Source of the DNA: the human T2T-CHM13v2.0 reference genome, Homo sapiens
Direction: 5' to 3' (one strand)
NCBI RefSeq assembly: GCF_009914755.1
Contig: NC_060937.1
DNA length: 64,000 bases
A program made the position numbers and the translations under genes. Positions 46,294-61,200 of this stretch are shown here, in pieces. Position 1 is the stretch's first letter, and every line of letters starts with the position of its first letter. Under the pieces are notes generated by a model. It had not been told where the DNA came from. It made no database searches and saw only the letters and a list, made by a program, of their open reading frames with translations.

Positions 46294-49200
46294 TTGTGTA
46301 CTGTACATAATATATTAAATCGCCCAAATATATATTGTATACTGTATATAAAATATGAAGGTACTTCAAATATATATTATATGCTGCACATAAAATATCA
46401 AAGTACCCAAGGTATGCATTACATACTGTACATAAAATATCAAAGTACACATATTATCTATTATATAATGTACATAAAATATGAAGGTTCATCAAATATA
46501 TATTATATTCTGTACATAATATATCAATGTACATCAAATATATATTATATACTGTACATAAAATATCAAAGTACCAAAAATATGTATTATATACTGTACA
46601 TAAAACATGAAAGTAACCAAACATTTATAATAAACTGTACATAAAATATCAAAGTACTCAATCTACATATTATATACAGTATATAAAATATCAAAGTACA
46701 CAAACTGTATATTATATACTGTACATAATATATCAAAGTACCCAGAATATATAGCATACTGTACATAGAATATCAAAGTACCCAAAATATATATTGTATA
46801 CTGTACATAAAATATGAAGGTACATCAAAGATATATTATATTCTGTACATAAAATATCAAACTACACCAAATATATATTATATGCTGTACATAATATATT
46901 AAAGTTGCCCATATATACATTATATACTGTACATAAAATATGAACGTACATCAAATATATAGTATATGCTGCACATAAAATATCAAAGTACCCAAAGTAT
47001 GTATTATACACTGTACATAAAATATCAAAGTACCAAAAGTATATATTACATACTGTAAATAAAATATGAAGGTACCTCAAATATATATTATATTCTGTAC
47101 ATAAAATATCAAAGTACACCAAGTATATACTATATACTCTGCATAAAATATTAAATTACCCGAAATATGTATTGCATTGTGTACATAAAATATGAAAGTA
47201 ACCAAACATTTATAATAAACTGTACATAAAATATCAAAGTACTCAAACTGTATATTATATACTCTACATAAAGTATCAAAGTACCCAAACTGTGTAGTAT
47301 ATACTGTACATAAAATATCAAGGTACCCAAAATATATATTGTAAACTGTAGATAAAATATCAAAGTACCCAAAATATATATTATATACTGTACATAAAAT
47401 ATGAAGGCACATCCAATATATATTATATTCTGTACATAAAATATCAAAGTACACCAAATGTATATTATATACTGTACATAAAATATCAAAGTACCCAAAG
47501 TGTATATTATATACTGTACATAAAATATGAAGGTTCATCAAATATATTTTATATTCTGCACATAATATATCAAAGTACAGCAAATATATATTATATACTG
47601 TACATAAAATATCAAAGTACCCAAAATATGTATTATATACTGTACATAAAATATGAAAGTAAGCAAACATTTATAATAAACTGTACATAAAGTATCAAAG
47701 TACTCAAACTACATATTATATACAGTATATAAAATATCAAAGTACCCAAACTGTATATTATATACTGTACATAATATATCAAAGTACCCGAATATATAGC
47801 ATACTCTACATAAAATATCAAAGTACCCAAAGTTTGTATTATACACTGCACATAAAATATGAAGGTACAACAAAGATATATTATATTCTCTACATAAAAT
47901 ATCAAAGTACACCAAATATATATTATATGCTGTACATAATATATTAAAGTCGACCAAATATATATTATATACTGTACATAAAATATGAAGGTACATCAAA
48001 TATATATTATATGCTGCACATAAAATATCAAAGTACCCAAAGTATGTTATATACTGTACATAAAATATCAAATTACCCAAAGTATATATTATATACTGTA
48101 CATAAAATATAAAATACCCCAAATATATATTATATGCTCTACATAAAATATCAAAGTACACAAAATATGTATTATATACTGTACATAAAATACCAAAGGA
48201 CCCAAAATATATATTATATACTGTACATAAAATATCAAAATTCCCAAAATATATATTATATACTGTACATAAAATACCAAAGTACCCAAAGTATATGTTA
48301 TATACCGTACAAAAAATATCAAAGTAGCCAAAATATGTATTATACACTGTACATAATATATGAAAGTACCCAAACATTTATAATAAACTGTACATAAAAT
48401 ATCAATGTACTCAAACTATATATTATGTGCGGTACATAAGATATCAAAGTACCCATACTATATAGTATATACTGTACTTAAAATATCAAAATACCCAAAA
48501 TATATATTATATACGTTACATAAACTATCAAATACACAAAGTATGTATTATATACTGTACATAAAATAGCAAAGTTCCCAAAATATGTATTATATACTGT
48601 ACATAAAATATGAAAGTACCCAACCATTTATAATAAAGTCTACATAAAATACCAAAGTACCCAAACTGTGTATTATATACTGTCCATAAAATATCAAAGG
48701 ACCCAAAATATATATTGTAAACTCTACATAAAATATTAAAGTAGCCAAAATACATATTGTATACTGTACATAAAATATAAAAGTACCCCAAATATATATT
48801 ATATACTGTACATAAAATATCAAAGTACCCATAATACATATTATATACTGTACATAAAATATCAAAGGACCCAAAATAAACATTATATACTGTACATAAA
48901 ATATCCAAATACTCAAAATATATATTACATACTGTACATAAAATATCAAAGTACCCAAATTATGTATTATATACTGTACGTAAAATATCAGAGTACCCAA
49001 ATATGCATTATATACTGTACATAAAAAATGAAAGTAACAAAACATTTATAATAAACTGTACATAAAATATCAAAGTACTCAAACTATATATCATATACTG
49101 TACATAAAATATCAAAGTACCCAAACTGTGTATTATTATATACTGTATATAAAATATCAAAGTACCTGAAATATATACTGTATACTGTACATAAAATATC

Positions 49201-52200
49201 AAAGTACCCAAAATATATACTATATACTGTACATAAAATATGAAGGTACATCAAATATATATTATATCCTGTACATAAAATATCAAAGTACACCTATTAT
49301 ATATTGTGTACTGTACATAATATATTAAATCGCCCAAATATATATTGTATACTGTATATAAAATATGAAGGTACTTCAAATATATATTATATGCTGCACA
49401 TAAAATATCAAAGTACCCAAAGAATGCATTACATACTGTACATAAAATATCAAAATACACATGTTATCTATTATATAATGTACATAAAATATGAAGGTTC
49501 ATCAAATATATATTATATTCTGTACATAATATATCAAAGTACATCAAATATATATTATATACTGTACATAAAATATCAAAGTACCAAAAATATGTATTAT
49601 ATACTGTACATAAAACATGAAAGTAACCAAACATTTATAATAAACTGTACATAAAATATCAAAGTACTCAATCTACATATTATATACAGTATATAAAATA
49701 TCAAAGTACACAAACTGTATATTATATACTGTACATAATATATCAAAGTACCCAGAATATATAGCATACTGTACATAAAATATCAAAGTACCCAAAATGT
49801 ATATTGTATACTGTACATAAAATATGAAGGTACATCAAAGATATATTATATTCTGTACATAAAATATCAAAGTACACCAAATATATATTATATGCTGTAC
49901 ATAATATATTAAAGTTGCCCATATATACATTATATACTGTACATAAAATATGAACGTACATCAAATATATAGTATATGCTGCACATAAAATATCAAAGTA
50001 CCCAAAGTATGTATTATACACTGTACATAAAATATCAAAGTACCAAAAGTATATATTACATACTGTAAATAAAATATGAAGGTACCTCAAATATATATTA
50101 TATTCTGTACATAAAATATCAAAGTACACCAAGTATATACTATATACTCTGCATAAAATATTAAATTACCCGAAATATGTATTGCATTGTGTACATAAAA
50201 TATGAAAGTAACCAAACATTTATAATAAACTGTACATAAAATATCAAAGTACTCAAACTGTATATTATATACTCTACATAAAGTATCAAAGTACCCAAAC
50301 TGTGTAGTATATACTGTACATAAAATATCAAGGTACCCAAAATATATATTGTAAACTGTAGATAAAATATCAAAGTACCCAAAATATATATTATATACTG
50401 TACATAAAATATGAAGGCACATCCAATATATATTATATTCTGTACATAAAATATCAAAGTACACCAAATGTATATTATATACTGTACATAAAATATCAAA
50501 GTACCCAAAGTGTATATTATATACTGTACATAAAATATGAAGGTTCATCAAATATATTTTATATTCTGCACATAATATATCAAAGTACAGCAAATATATA
50601 TTATATACTGTACATAAAATATCAAAGTACCCAAAATATGTATTATATACTGTACATAAAATATGAAAGTAAGCAAACATTTATAATAAACTGTACATAA
50701 AGTATCAAAGTACTCAAACTACATATTATATACAGTATATAAAATATCAAAGTACCCAAACTGTATATTATATACTGTACATAATATATCAAAGTACCCG
50801 AATATATAGCATACTCTACATAAAATATCAAAGTACCCAAAGTTTGTATTATACACTGCACATAAAATATGAAGGTACAACAAAGATATATTATATTCTC
50901 TACATAAAATATCAAAGTACACCAAATATATATTATATGCTGTACATAATATATTAAAGTCGACCAAATATATATTATATACTGTACATAAAATATGAAG
51001 GTACATCAAATATATATTATATGCTGCACATAAAATATCAAAGTACCCAAAGTATGTGTTATATACTGTACATAAAATATCAAATTACCCAAAGTATATA
51101 TTATATACTGTACATAAAATATAAAATACCCCAAATATATATTATATGCTCTACATAAAATATCAAAGTACACAAAATATGTATTATATACTGTACATAA
51201 AATACCAAAGGACCCAAAATATATATTATATACTGTACATAAAATATCAAAATTCCCAAAATATATATTATATACTGTACATAAAATACCAAAGTACCCA
51301 AAGTATATGTTATATACCGTACAAAAAATATCAAAGTAGCCAAAATATGTATTATACACTGTACATAATATATGAAAGTACCCAAACATTTATAATAAAC
51401 TGTACATAAAATATCAATGTACTCAAACTATATATTATGTGCGGTACATAAGATATCAAAGTACCCATACTATATAGTATATACTGTACTTAAAATATCA
51501 AAATACCCAAAATATATATTATATACGTTACATAAACTATCAAATACACAAAGTATGTATTATATACTGTACATAAAATAGCAAAGTTCCCAAAATATGT
51601 ATTATATACTGTACATAAAATATGAAAGTACCCAACCATTTATAATAAAGTCTACATAAAATACCAAAGTACCCAAACTGTGTATTATATACTGTCCATA
51701 AAATATCAAAGGACCCAAAATATATATTGTAAACTCTACATAAAATATTAAAGTAGCCAAAATACATATTGTATACTGTACATAAAATATAAAAGTACCC
51801 CAAATATATATTATATACTGTACATAAAATATCAAAGTACCCATAATACATATTATATACTGTACATAAAATATCAAAGGACCCAAAATAAACATTATAT
51901 ACTGTACATAAAATATCCAAATACTCAAAATATATATTACATACTGTACATAAAATATCAAAGTACCCAAATTATGTATTATATACTGTACGTAAAATAT
52001 CAGAGTACCCAAATATGCATTATATACTGTACATAAAAAATGAAAGTAACAAAACATTTATAATAAACTGTACTTAAAATATCAAAGTACTCAAACTATA
52101 TATCATATACTGTACATAAAATATCAAAGTACCCAAACTGTGTATTATTATATACTGTATATAAAATATCAAAGTACCTGAAATATATACTGTATACTGT

Positions 52201-55200
52201 ACATAAAATATCAAAGTACCCAAAATATATACTATATACTGTACATAAAATATGAAGGTACATCAAATATATATTATATCCTGTACATAAAATATCAAAG
52301 TACACCTATTATATATTGTGTACTGTACATAATATATTAAATCGCCCAAATATATATTGTATACTGTATATAAAATATGAAGGTACTTCAAATATATATT
52401 ATATGCTGCACATAAAATATCAAAGTACCCAAAGAATGCATTACATACTGTACATAAAATATCAAAATACACATGTTATCTATTATATAATGTACATAAA
52501 ATATGAAGGTTCATCAAATATATATTATATTCTGTACATAATATATCAAAGTACATCAAATATATATTATATACTGTACATAAAATATCAAAGTACCAAA
52601 AATATGTATTATATACTGTACATAAAACATGAAAGTAACCAAACATTTATAATAAACTGTACATAAAATATCAAAGTACTCAATCTACATATTATATACA
52701 GTATATAAAATATCAAAGTACACAAACTGTATATTATATACTGTACATAATATATCAAAGTACCCAGAATATATAGCATACTGTACATAAAATATCAAAG
52801 TACCCAAAATGTATATTGTATACTGTACATAAAATATGAAGGTACATCAAAGATATATTATATTCTGTACATAAAATATCAAAGTACACCAAATATATAT
52901 TATATGCTGTACATAATATATTAAAGTTGCCCATATATACATTATATACTGTACATAAAATATGAACGTACATCAAATATATAGTATATGCTGCACATAA
53001 AATATCAAAGTACCCAAAGTATGTATTATACACTGTACATAAAATATCAAAGTACCAAAAGTATATATTACATACTGTAAATAAAATATGAAGGTACCTC
53101 AAATATATATTATATTCTGTACATAAAATATCAAAGTACACCAAGTATATACTATATACTCTGCATAAAATATTAAATTACCCGAAATATGTATTGTATT
53201 GTGTACATAAAATATGAAAGTAACCAAACATTTATAATAAACTGTACATAAAATATCAAAGTACTCAAACTGTATATTATATACTCTACATAAAGTATCA
53301 AAGTACCCAAACTGTGTAGTATATACTGTACATAAAATATCAAGGTACCCAAAATATATATTGTAAACTGTAGATAAAATATCAAAGTACCCAAAATATA
53401 TATTATATACTGTACATAAAATATGAAGGCACATCCAATATATATTATATTCTGTACATAAAATATCAAAGTACACCAAATGTATATTATATACTGTACA
53501 TAAAATATCAAAGTACCCAAAGTGTATATTATATACTGCACATTAAATATGAAGGTTCATCAAATATATTTTATATTCTGCACATAATATATCAAAGTAC
53601 AGCAAATATATATTATATACTGTACATAAAATATCAAAGTACCCAAAATATGTATTATATAGTGTACATAAAATATGAAAGTAAGCAAACATTTATAATA
53701 AACTGTACATAAAGTATCAAAGTACTCAAACTACATATTATATACAGTATATAAAATATCAAAGTACCCAAACTGTATATTATATACTGTACATAATATA
53801 TCAAAGTACCCGAATATATAGCATACTCTACATAAAATATCAAAGTACCCAAAGTTTGTATTATACACTGCACATAAAATATGAAGGTACATCAAAGATA
53901 TATTATATTCTGTACATAAAATATCAAAGTACACCAAATATATATTATATGCTGTACATAATATATTAAAGTCGACCAAATATATATTATATACTGTACA
54001 TAAAATATGAAGGTACATCAAATATATATTATATGCTGCACATAAAATATCAAAGTACCCAAAGTATGTGTTATATACTGTACATAAAATATCAAAGTAC
54101 CCAAAGTATATATTATATACTGTACATAAAATATAAAATACCCCAAATATATATTATATGCTCTACATAAAATATCAAAGTACACAAAATATGTATTATA
54201 TACTGTACATAAAATACCAAAGGACCCAAAATATATATTATATACTGTACATAAAATATCAAAATACCCAAAATATATATTATATACTGTACATAAAATA
54301 CCAAAGTACCCAAAGTATATGTTATATACCGTACAAAATATATCAAAGTAGCCAAATATGTATTATACACTGTACATAATATATGAAAGTACCCAAACAT
54401 TTATAATAAACTGTACATAAAATATCAATGTACTCAAACTATATATTATGTGCGGTACATAAGATATCAAAGTACCCATACTATACAGTATATACTGTAC
54501 TTAAAATATCAAAATACCCAAAATATATATTATATACGTTACATAAACTTTCAAATACACAAAGTATGTATTATATACTGTACATAAAATAGCAAAGTTC
54601 CCAAAATATGTATTATATACTGTACATAAAATATGAAAGTACCCAACCATTTATAATAAACTCTACATAAAATACCAAAGTACCCAAACTGTGTATTATA
54701 TACTGTCCATAAAATATCAAAGGACCCAAAATATATATTGTAAACTCTACATAAAATATCAAAGTAGCCAAAATACATATTGTATACTGTACATAAAATA
54801 TAAAAGTACCCCAAATATATATTATATACTGTACATAAAATATCAAAGTACCCATAATACATATTATATACTGTACATAAAATATCAAAGGACCCAAAAT
54901 AAACATTATATACTGTACATAAAATATCCAAATACTCAAAATATATATTACATACTGTACATAAAATATCAAAGTACCCAAATTATGTATTATATACTGT
55001 ACGTAAAATATCAGAGTACCCAAAATATGCATTATATTCTGTACATAAAATATGAAAGTAACAAAACATTTATAATAAACTGTACATAAAATATCAAAGT
55101 ACTCAAACTATATATCATATACTGTACATAAAATATCAAAGTACCCAAACTGTGTATTATTATATACTGTATATAAAATATCAAAGTACCTGAAATATAT

Positions 55201-58200
55201 ACTGTATACTGTACATAAAATATCAAAGTACCCAAAATATATACTATATACTGTACATAAAATATGAAGGTACATCAAATATATATTATATCCTGTACAT
55301 AAAATATCAAAGTACACCTATTATATATTGTGTACTGTACATAATATATTAAATCGCCCAAATATATATTGTATACTGTATATAAAATATGAAGGTACTT
55401 CAAATATATATTATATGCTGCACATAAAATATCAAAGTACCCAAAGTATGCATTACATACTGTACATAAAATATCAAAGTACACATATTATCTATTATAT
55501 AATGTACATAAAATATGAAGGTTCATCAAATATATATTATATTCTGTACATAATATATCAAAGTACATCAAATATATATTATATACTGTACATAAAATAT
55601 CAAAGTACCAAAAATATGTATTATATACTGTACATAAAACATGAAAGTAACCAAACATTTATAATAAACTGTACATAAAATATCAAAGTACTCAATCTAC
55701 ATATTATATACAGTATATAAAATATCAAAGTACACAAACTGTATATTATATACTGTACATAATATATCAAAGTACCCAGAATATATAGCATACTGTACAT
55801 AAAATATCAAAGTACCCAAAATATATATTGTATACTGTACATAAAATATGAAGGTACATCAAAGATATATTATATTCTGTACATAAAATATCAAACTACA
55901 CCAAATATATATTATATGCTGTACATAATATATTTAAGTTGCCCATATATACATTATATACTGTACATAAAATATGAACGTACATCAAATATATAGTATA
56001 TGCTGCACATAAAATATCAAAGTACCCAAAGTATGTATTATACACTGTACATAAAATATCAAAGTACCAAAAATATATATTACATACTGTAAATAAAATA
56101 TGAAGGTACCTCAAATATATATTATATTCTGTACATAAAATATCAAAGTACACCAAGTATATACTATATACTCTGCATAAAATATTAAATTACCCAAAAT
56201 ATGTATTGCATTGTGTACATAAAATATGAAAGTAACCAAACATTTATAATAAACTGTACATAAAATATCAAAGTACTCAAACTGTATATTATATACTGTA
56301 CATAAAGTATCAAAGTACCCAAACTGTGTAGTATATACTGTACATAAAATATCAAGGTACCCAAAATATATATTGTAAACTGTAGATAAAATATCAAAGT
56401 ACCCAAAATATATATTATATACTGTACATAAAATATGAAGGCACATCCAATATATATTATATTCTGTACATAAAATATCAAAGTACACCAAATGTATATT
56501 ATATACTGTACATAAAATATCAAAGTACCCAAAGTGTATATTATATACTGTACATAAACTATGAAGGTTCATCAAATATATTTTATATTCTGCACATAAT
56601 ATATCAAAGTACAGCAAATATATATTATATACTGTACATAAAATATCAAAGTACCCAAAATATGTATTATATACTGTACATAAAATATGAAAGTAACCAA
56701 ACATTTATAATAAACTGTACATAAAGTATCAAAGTACTCAAACTACATATTATATACAGTATATAAAATGTCAAAGTACCCAAACTGTATATTATATACT
56801 ATACATAATATATCAAAGTACCCGAATATATAGCATACTGTACATAAAATATCAAAGTACCCAAAGTGTGTATTATACACTGCACATAAAATATGAAGGT
56901 ACATAAAATATATATTGTATTCTGTACATAAAATATCAAAGTACTCCAAATATATATTATATGCTGTACATAATATATTAAGGTCGCCCAAATATATATT
57001 ATATACTGTACATAAAATATGAAGGTACATCAAATATATATTATATGCTGCACATAAAATATCAAAGTACCCAAAGTATGTGTTATATACTGTACATAAA
57101 ATATCAAAGTACCCAAAGTATATATTATATACTGTACATAAAATATAAAATACCCCAAATATATATTATATGCTGTACATAAAATATCAAAGTACACAAA
57201 ATATGTATTATATACTGTACATAAAATACCAAAGGACCCAAAATATATATTATATACTGTACATAAAATATCAAAATACCCAAAATATATATTATATACT
57301 GTACATAAAATACCAAAGTACCCAAAGTATATATTATATACCGTACAAAAAATATCAAAGTAGCCAAAATATGTATTATACACTGTACATAATATATGAA
57401 AGTACCCAAACATTTATAATAAACTGTACATAAAATATCAATGTACTCAAACTATATATTATGTGCGGTACATAAGATATCAAAGTACCCATACTATATA
57501 GTATATACTGTACTTAAAATATCAAAATACCCAAAATATATATTATATACGTTACATAAACTATCAAATACACAAAGTATGTATTATATACTGTACATAA
57601 AATAGCAAAGTTCCCAAAATATGTATTACATACTATACATAAAATATGAAAGCACCCAACCATTTATAATAAACTCTACATAAAATACCAAAGTACCCAA
57701 ACTGTGTATTATATACTGTCCATAAAATATCAAAGTACCCAAAATATATATTGTAAACTCTACATAAAATATCAAAGTAGCCAAAATACATATTGTATAC
57801 TATACATAAAATATAAAAGTACCCCAAATATATATTATATACTGTACATAAAATATCAAAGTACCCATAATACATATTATATACTGTACATAAAATATCA
57901 AAGGACCCAAAATAAACATTATATACTGTACATAAAATATCCAAATACTCAAAATATATATTACATACTGTACATAAAATATCAAAGTACCCAAATTATG
58001 TATTATATACTGTACGTAAAATATCAGAGTACCCAAAATATGCGTTATATACTGTACATAAAATATGAAAGTAACAAAACATTTATAATAAACTGTACAT
58101 AAAATATCAAAGTACTCAAACTATATATCATATACTGTACATAAAATATCAAAGTACCCAAACTGTGTATTACTACATACTGTATATAAAATATCAAAGT

Positions 58201-61200
58201 ACCTGAAATATATATTTTATACTGTACATAAAATATCAAAGTACCCAAAATATATACTATATACTGTACATAAAATATGAAGGTACATCAAATATATATT
58301 ATATCCTGTACATAAAATATCAAAGTACTCCTATTATATATTGTGTACTGTACATAATATATTAAATCGCCCAAATATATATTGTATACTGTATATAAAA
58401 TATGAAGGTACTTCAAATATATATTATATGCTGCACATAAAATATCAAAGTACCCAAAGTATGCATTACATACTGTACATAAAATATCAAAGTACACAAA
58501 TTATATATTATATTCTGTACATAAAATATGTAGGTTCATCAAATATATTTTATATTCTGTACATAATATATCAAAGTACATCAAATATATATTATATACG
58601 GTACATAAAATATCAAAGTACCCAAAATATGTACTATTTACTGTACATAAAATATGAAAGTAACCAAACATTTATAATAAACTGTACATAAAATATCAAA
58701 ATACTCAATCTACATATTATATACAGTATATAAAATATCAAAGTACACAAACTGTATATTATATACTGTACATAATATATCAAAGTACCCAGAATATATA
58801 GCATACTGTACATACAATATCAAAGTACCCAGAATGTATATTGTATACTGTACATAAAATATGAAGGTACATCAAAGATATATTATATTCTGTACATAAA
58901 ATATCAAAGTACACCAAATATATATTATATGCTGTACATAATATATTAAAGTTGCTCATATATACATTATATACTGTACATAAAATATGAAGGTACATCA
59001 AATATATAGTATATGCTGCACATAAAATATCAAAGTACCCAAAGTATGTATTATACACTGTACATAAAATATCAAAGTACCAAAAGTATATATTACATAC
59101 TGTAAATAAAATATGAAGGTACCTCAAATATATATTATATTCTGTACATAAAATATCAAAGTACACCAAGTATATACTATATACTCTGCATAAAATATTA
59201 AATTACCCGAAATATGTATTGTATTGTGTACATAAAATATGAAAGTAACCAAACATTTATAATAAACTGTACATAAAATATCAAAGTACTCAAACTGTAT
59301 ATTATATACTGTACATAAAGTATCAAAGTACCCAAACTGTGTAGTATATACTGTACATAAAATATCAAGGTACCCAAAATATATATTGTAAACTGTAGAT
59401 AAAATATCAAAGTACCAAAAATATATATTATATACTGTACATAAAATATGAAGGCACATCCAATATATATTATATTCTGTACATAAAATATCAAAGTACA
59501 CCAAATGTATATTATATACTGTACATAAAATATCAAAGTACCCAAAGTGTATATTATATACTGCACATTAAATATGAAGGTTCATCAAATATATTTTATA
59601 TTCTGCACATAATATATCAAAGTACAGCAAATATATATTATATACTGTACATAAAATATCAAAGTACCCAAAATATGTATTATATACTGTACATAAAATA
59701 TGAAAGTAAGCAAATATTTATAATAAACTGTATATAAAATATCAAAGTACTCAAACTACATATTATATACAGTATATAAAATATCAAAGTACCCAAACTA
59801 TATATTATATACTGTACATAATATATCAAAGTACCCGAATATATAGCATACTGTACATAAAATATCAAAGTACCCAAAATATATATTGTATACTGTACAT
59901 AAAATATGAAGGTACATCAAAGATATATTATATTCTGTACATAAAATATCAAAGTACACCAAATATGTATTATATGCTGTACAGAATATATTAAAGTCGA
60001 CCAAATGTATATTATATACTGTACATAAAATATGAAGGTACATCAAATATATATTATATGCTGCACATAAAATATCAAAGTACCCAAAGTATGTGTTATA
60101 TACTGTACATAAAATATCAAAGTACCCAAAGTATATATTATATACTGTACATAAAATATAAAATACCCCAAATATATATTATATGCTGTACATAAAATAT
60201 CAAAGTACACAAAATATGCATTATGTACTGTACATAAATTATCAAAGGACCCAAAATATATATTATATAGTGTACATAAAATATCAAAATACCCAAAATA
60301 TATATTATATACTGTACATAAAATACCAAGGTACCCAAAGTATATATTATATACTGTATAAAAAATATCAAAGTAGCCAAAATATGTATTATACACTGTA
60401 CATAATATATGAAAGTACCCAAACATTTATAATAAACTGTACATAAAATATCAATGTACTCAAACTATATATTATGTGCGGTACTTAAGATATCAAAGTA
60501 CCCATACTATATAGTATGTACTGTACTTAAAATATCAAAATACCCAAAATATATATTATATACGTTACATAAACTTTCAAATACACAAAGTATGTATTAC
60601 ATACTGTACATAAAATAGCAAAGTTCCCAAAATATGTATTATATACTGTACATAAAATATGAAAGTACCCAACCATTTATAATAAACTCTACATAAAATA
60701 CCAAAGTACCCAAACTGTGTATTATATACTCTCCATAAAATATCAAAGTACCCAAAATATATATTGTCAACTGTACATGAAATATCAAAGTAGCCAAAAT
60801 ATATATAGTATACCGTACATAAAATATAAAATTACCCCAAATATGTATTATATACTGTACATAAATTATCAAAGTACCGATAATACATATTATATACTGT
60901 ACATAAAATATCAGAGGACCCAAAATAAACATTATATACTGTACATAAAATCTCCAAATACTCAAAATATATATTACATACTGTACATAAAATATCAAAG
61001 TACCCAAATTATGTATTATATACTGTACATAAAATATCAGAGTACCCAAAATATGCATTATATACTGTACATAAAATATGAAAGTAACAAAACATTTATA
61101 ATAAACTGTACATAAAATATCAAAGTACTCAAACTATATATCATATACTGTACATAAAATATCAAAGTACCCAAACTGTGTATTATTATATACTGTATAT

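Noticed and set aside
47709-48377. Longest ORF (222 aa, - strand)
   Set aside because: It arises from a 2-bp deletion near 48045 fusing two repeat-derived frames; the sister unit at 50719-51389 is split.
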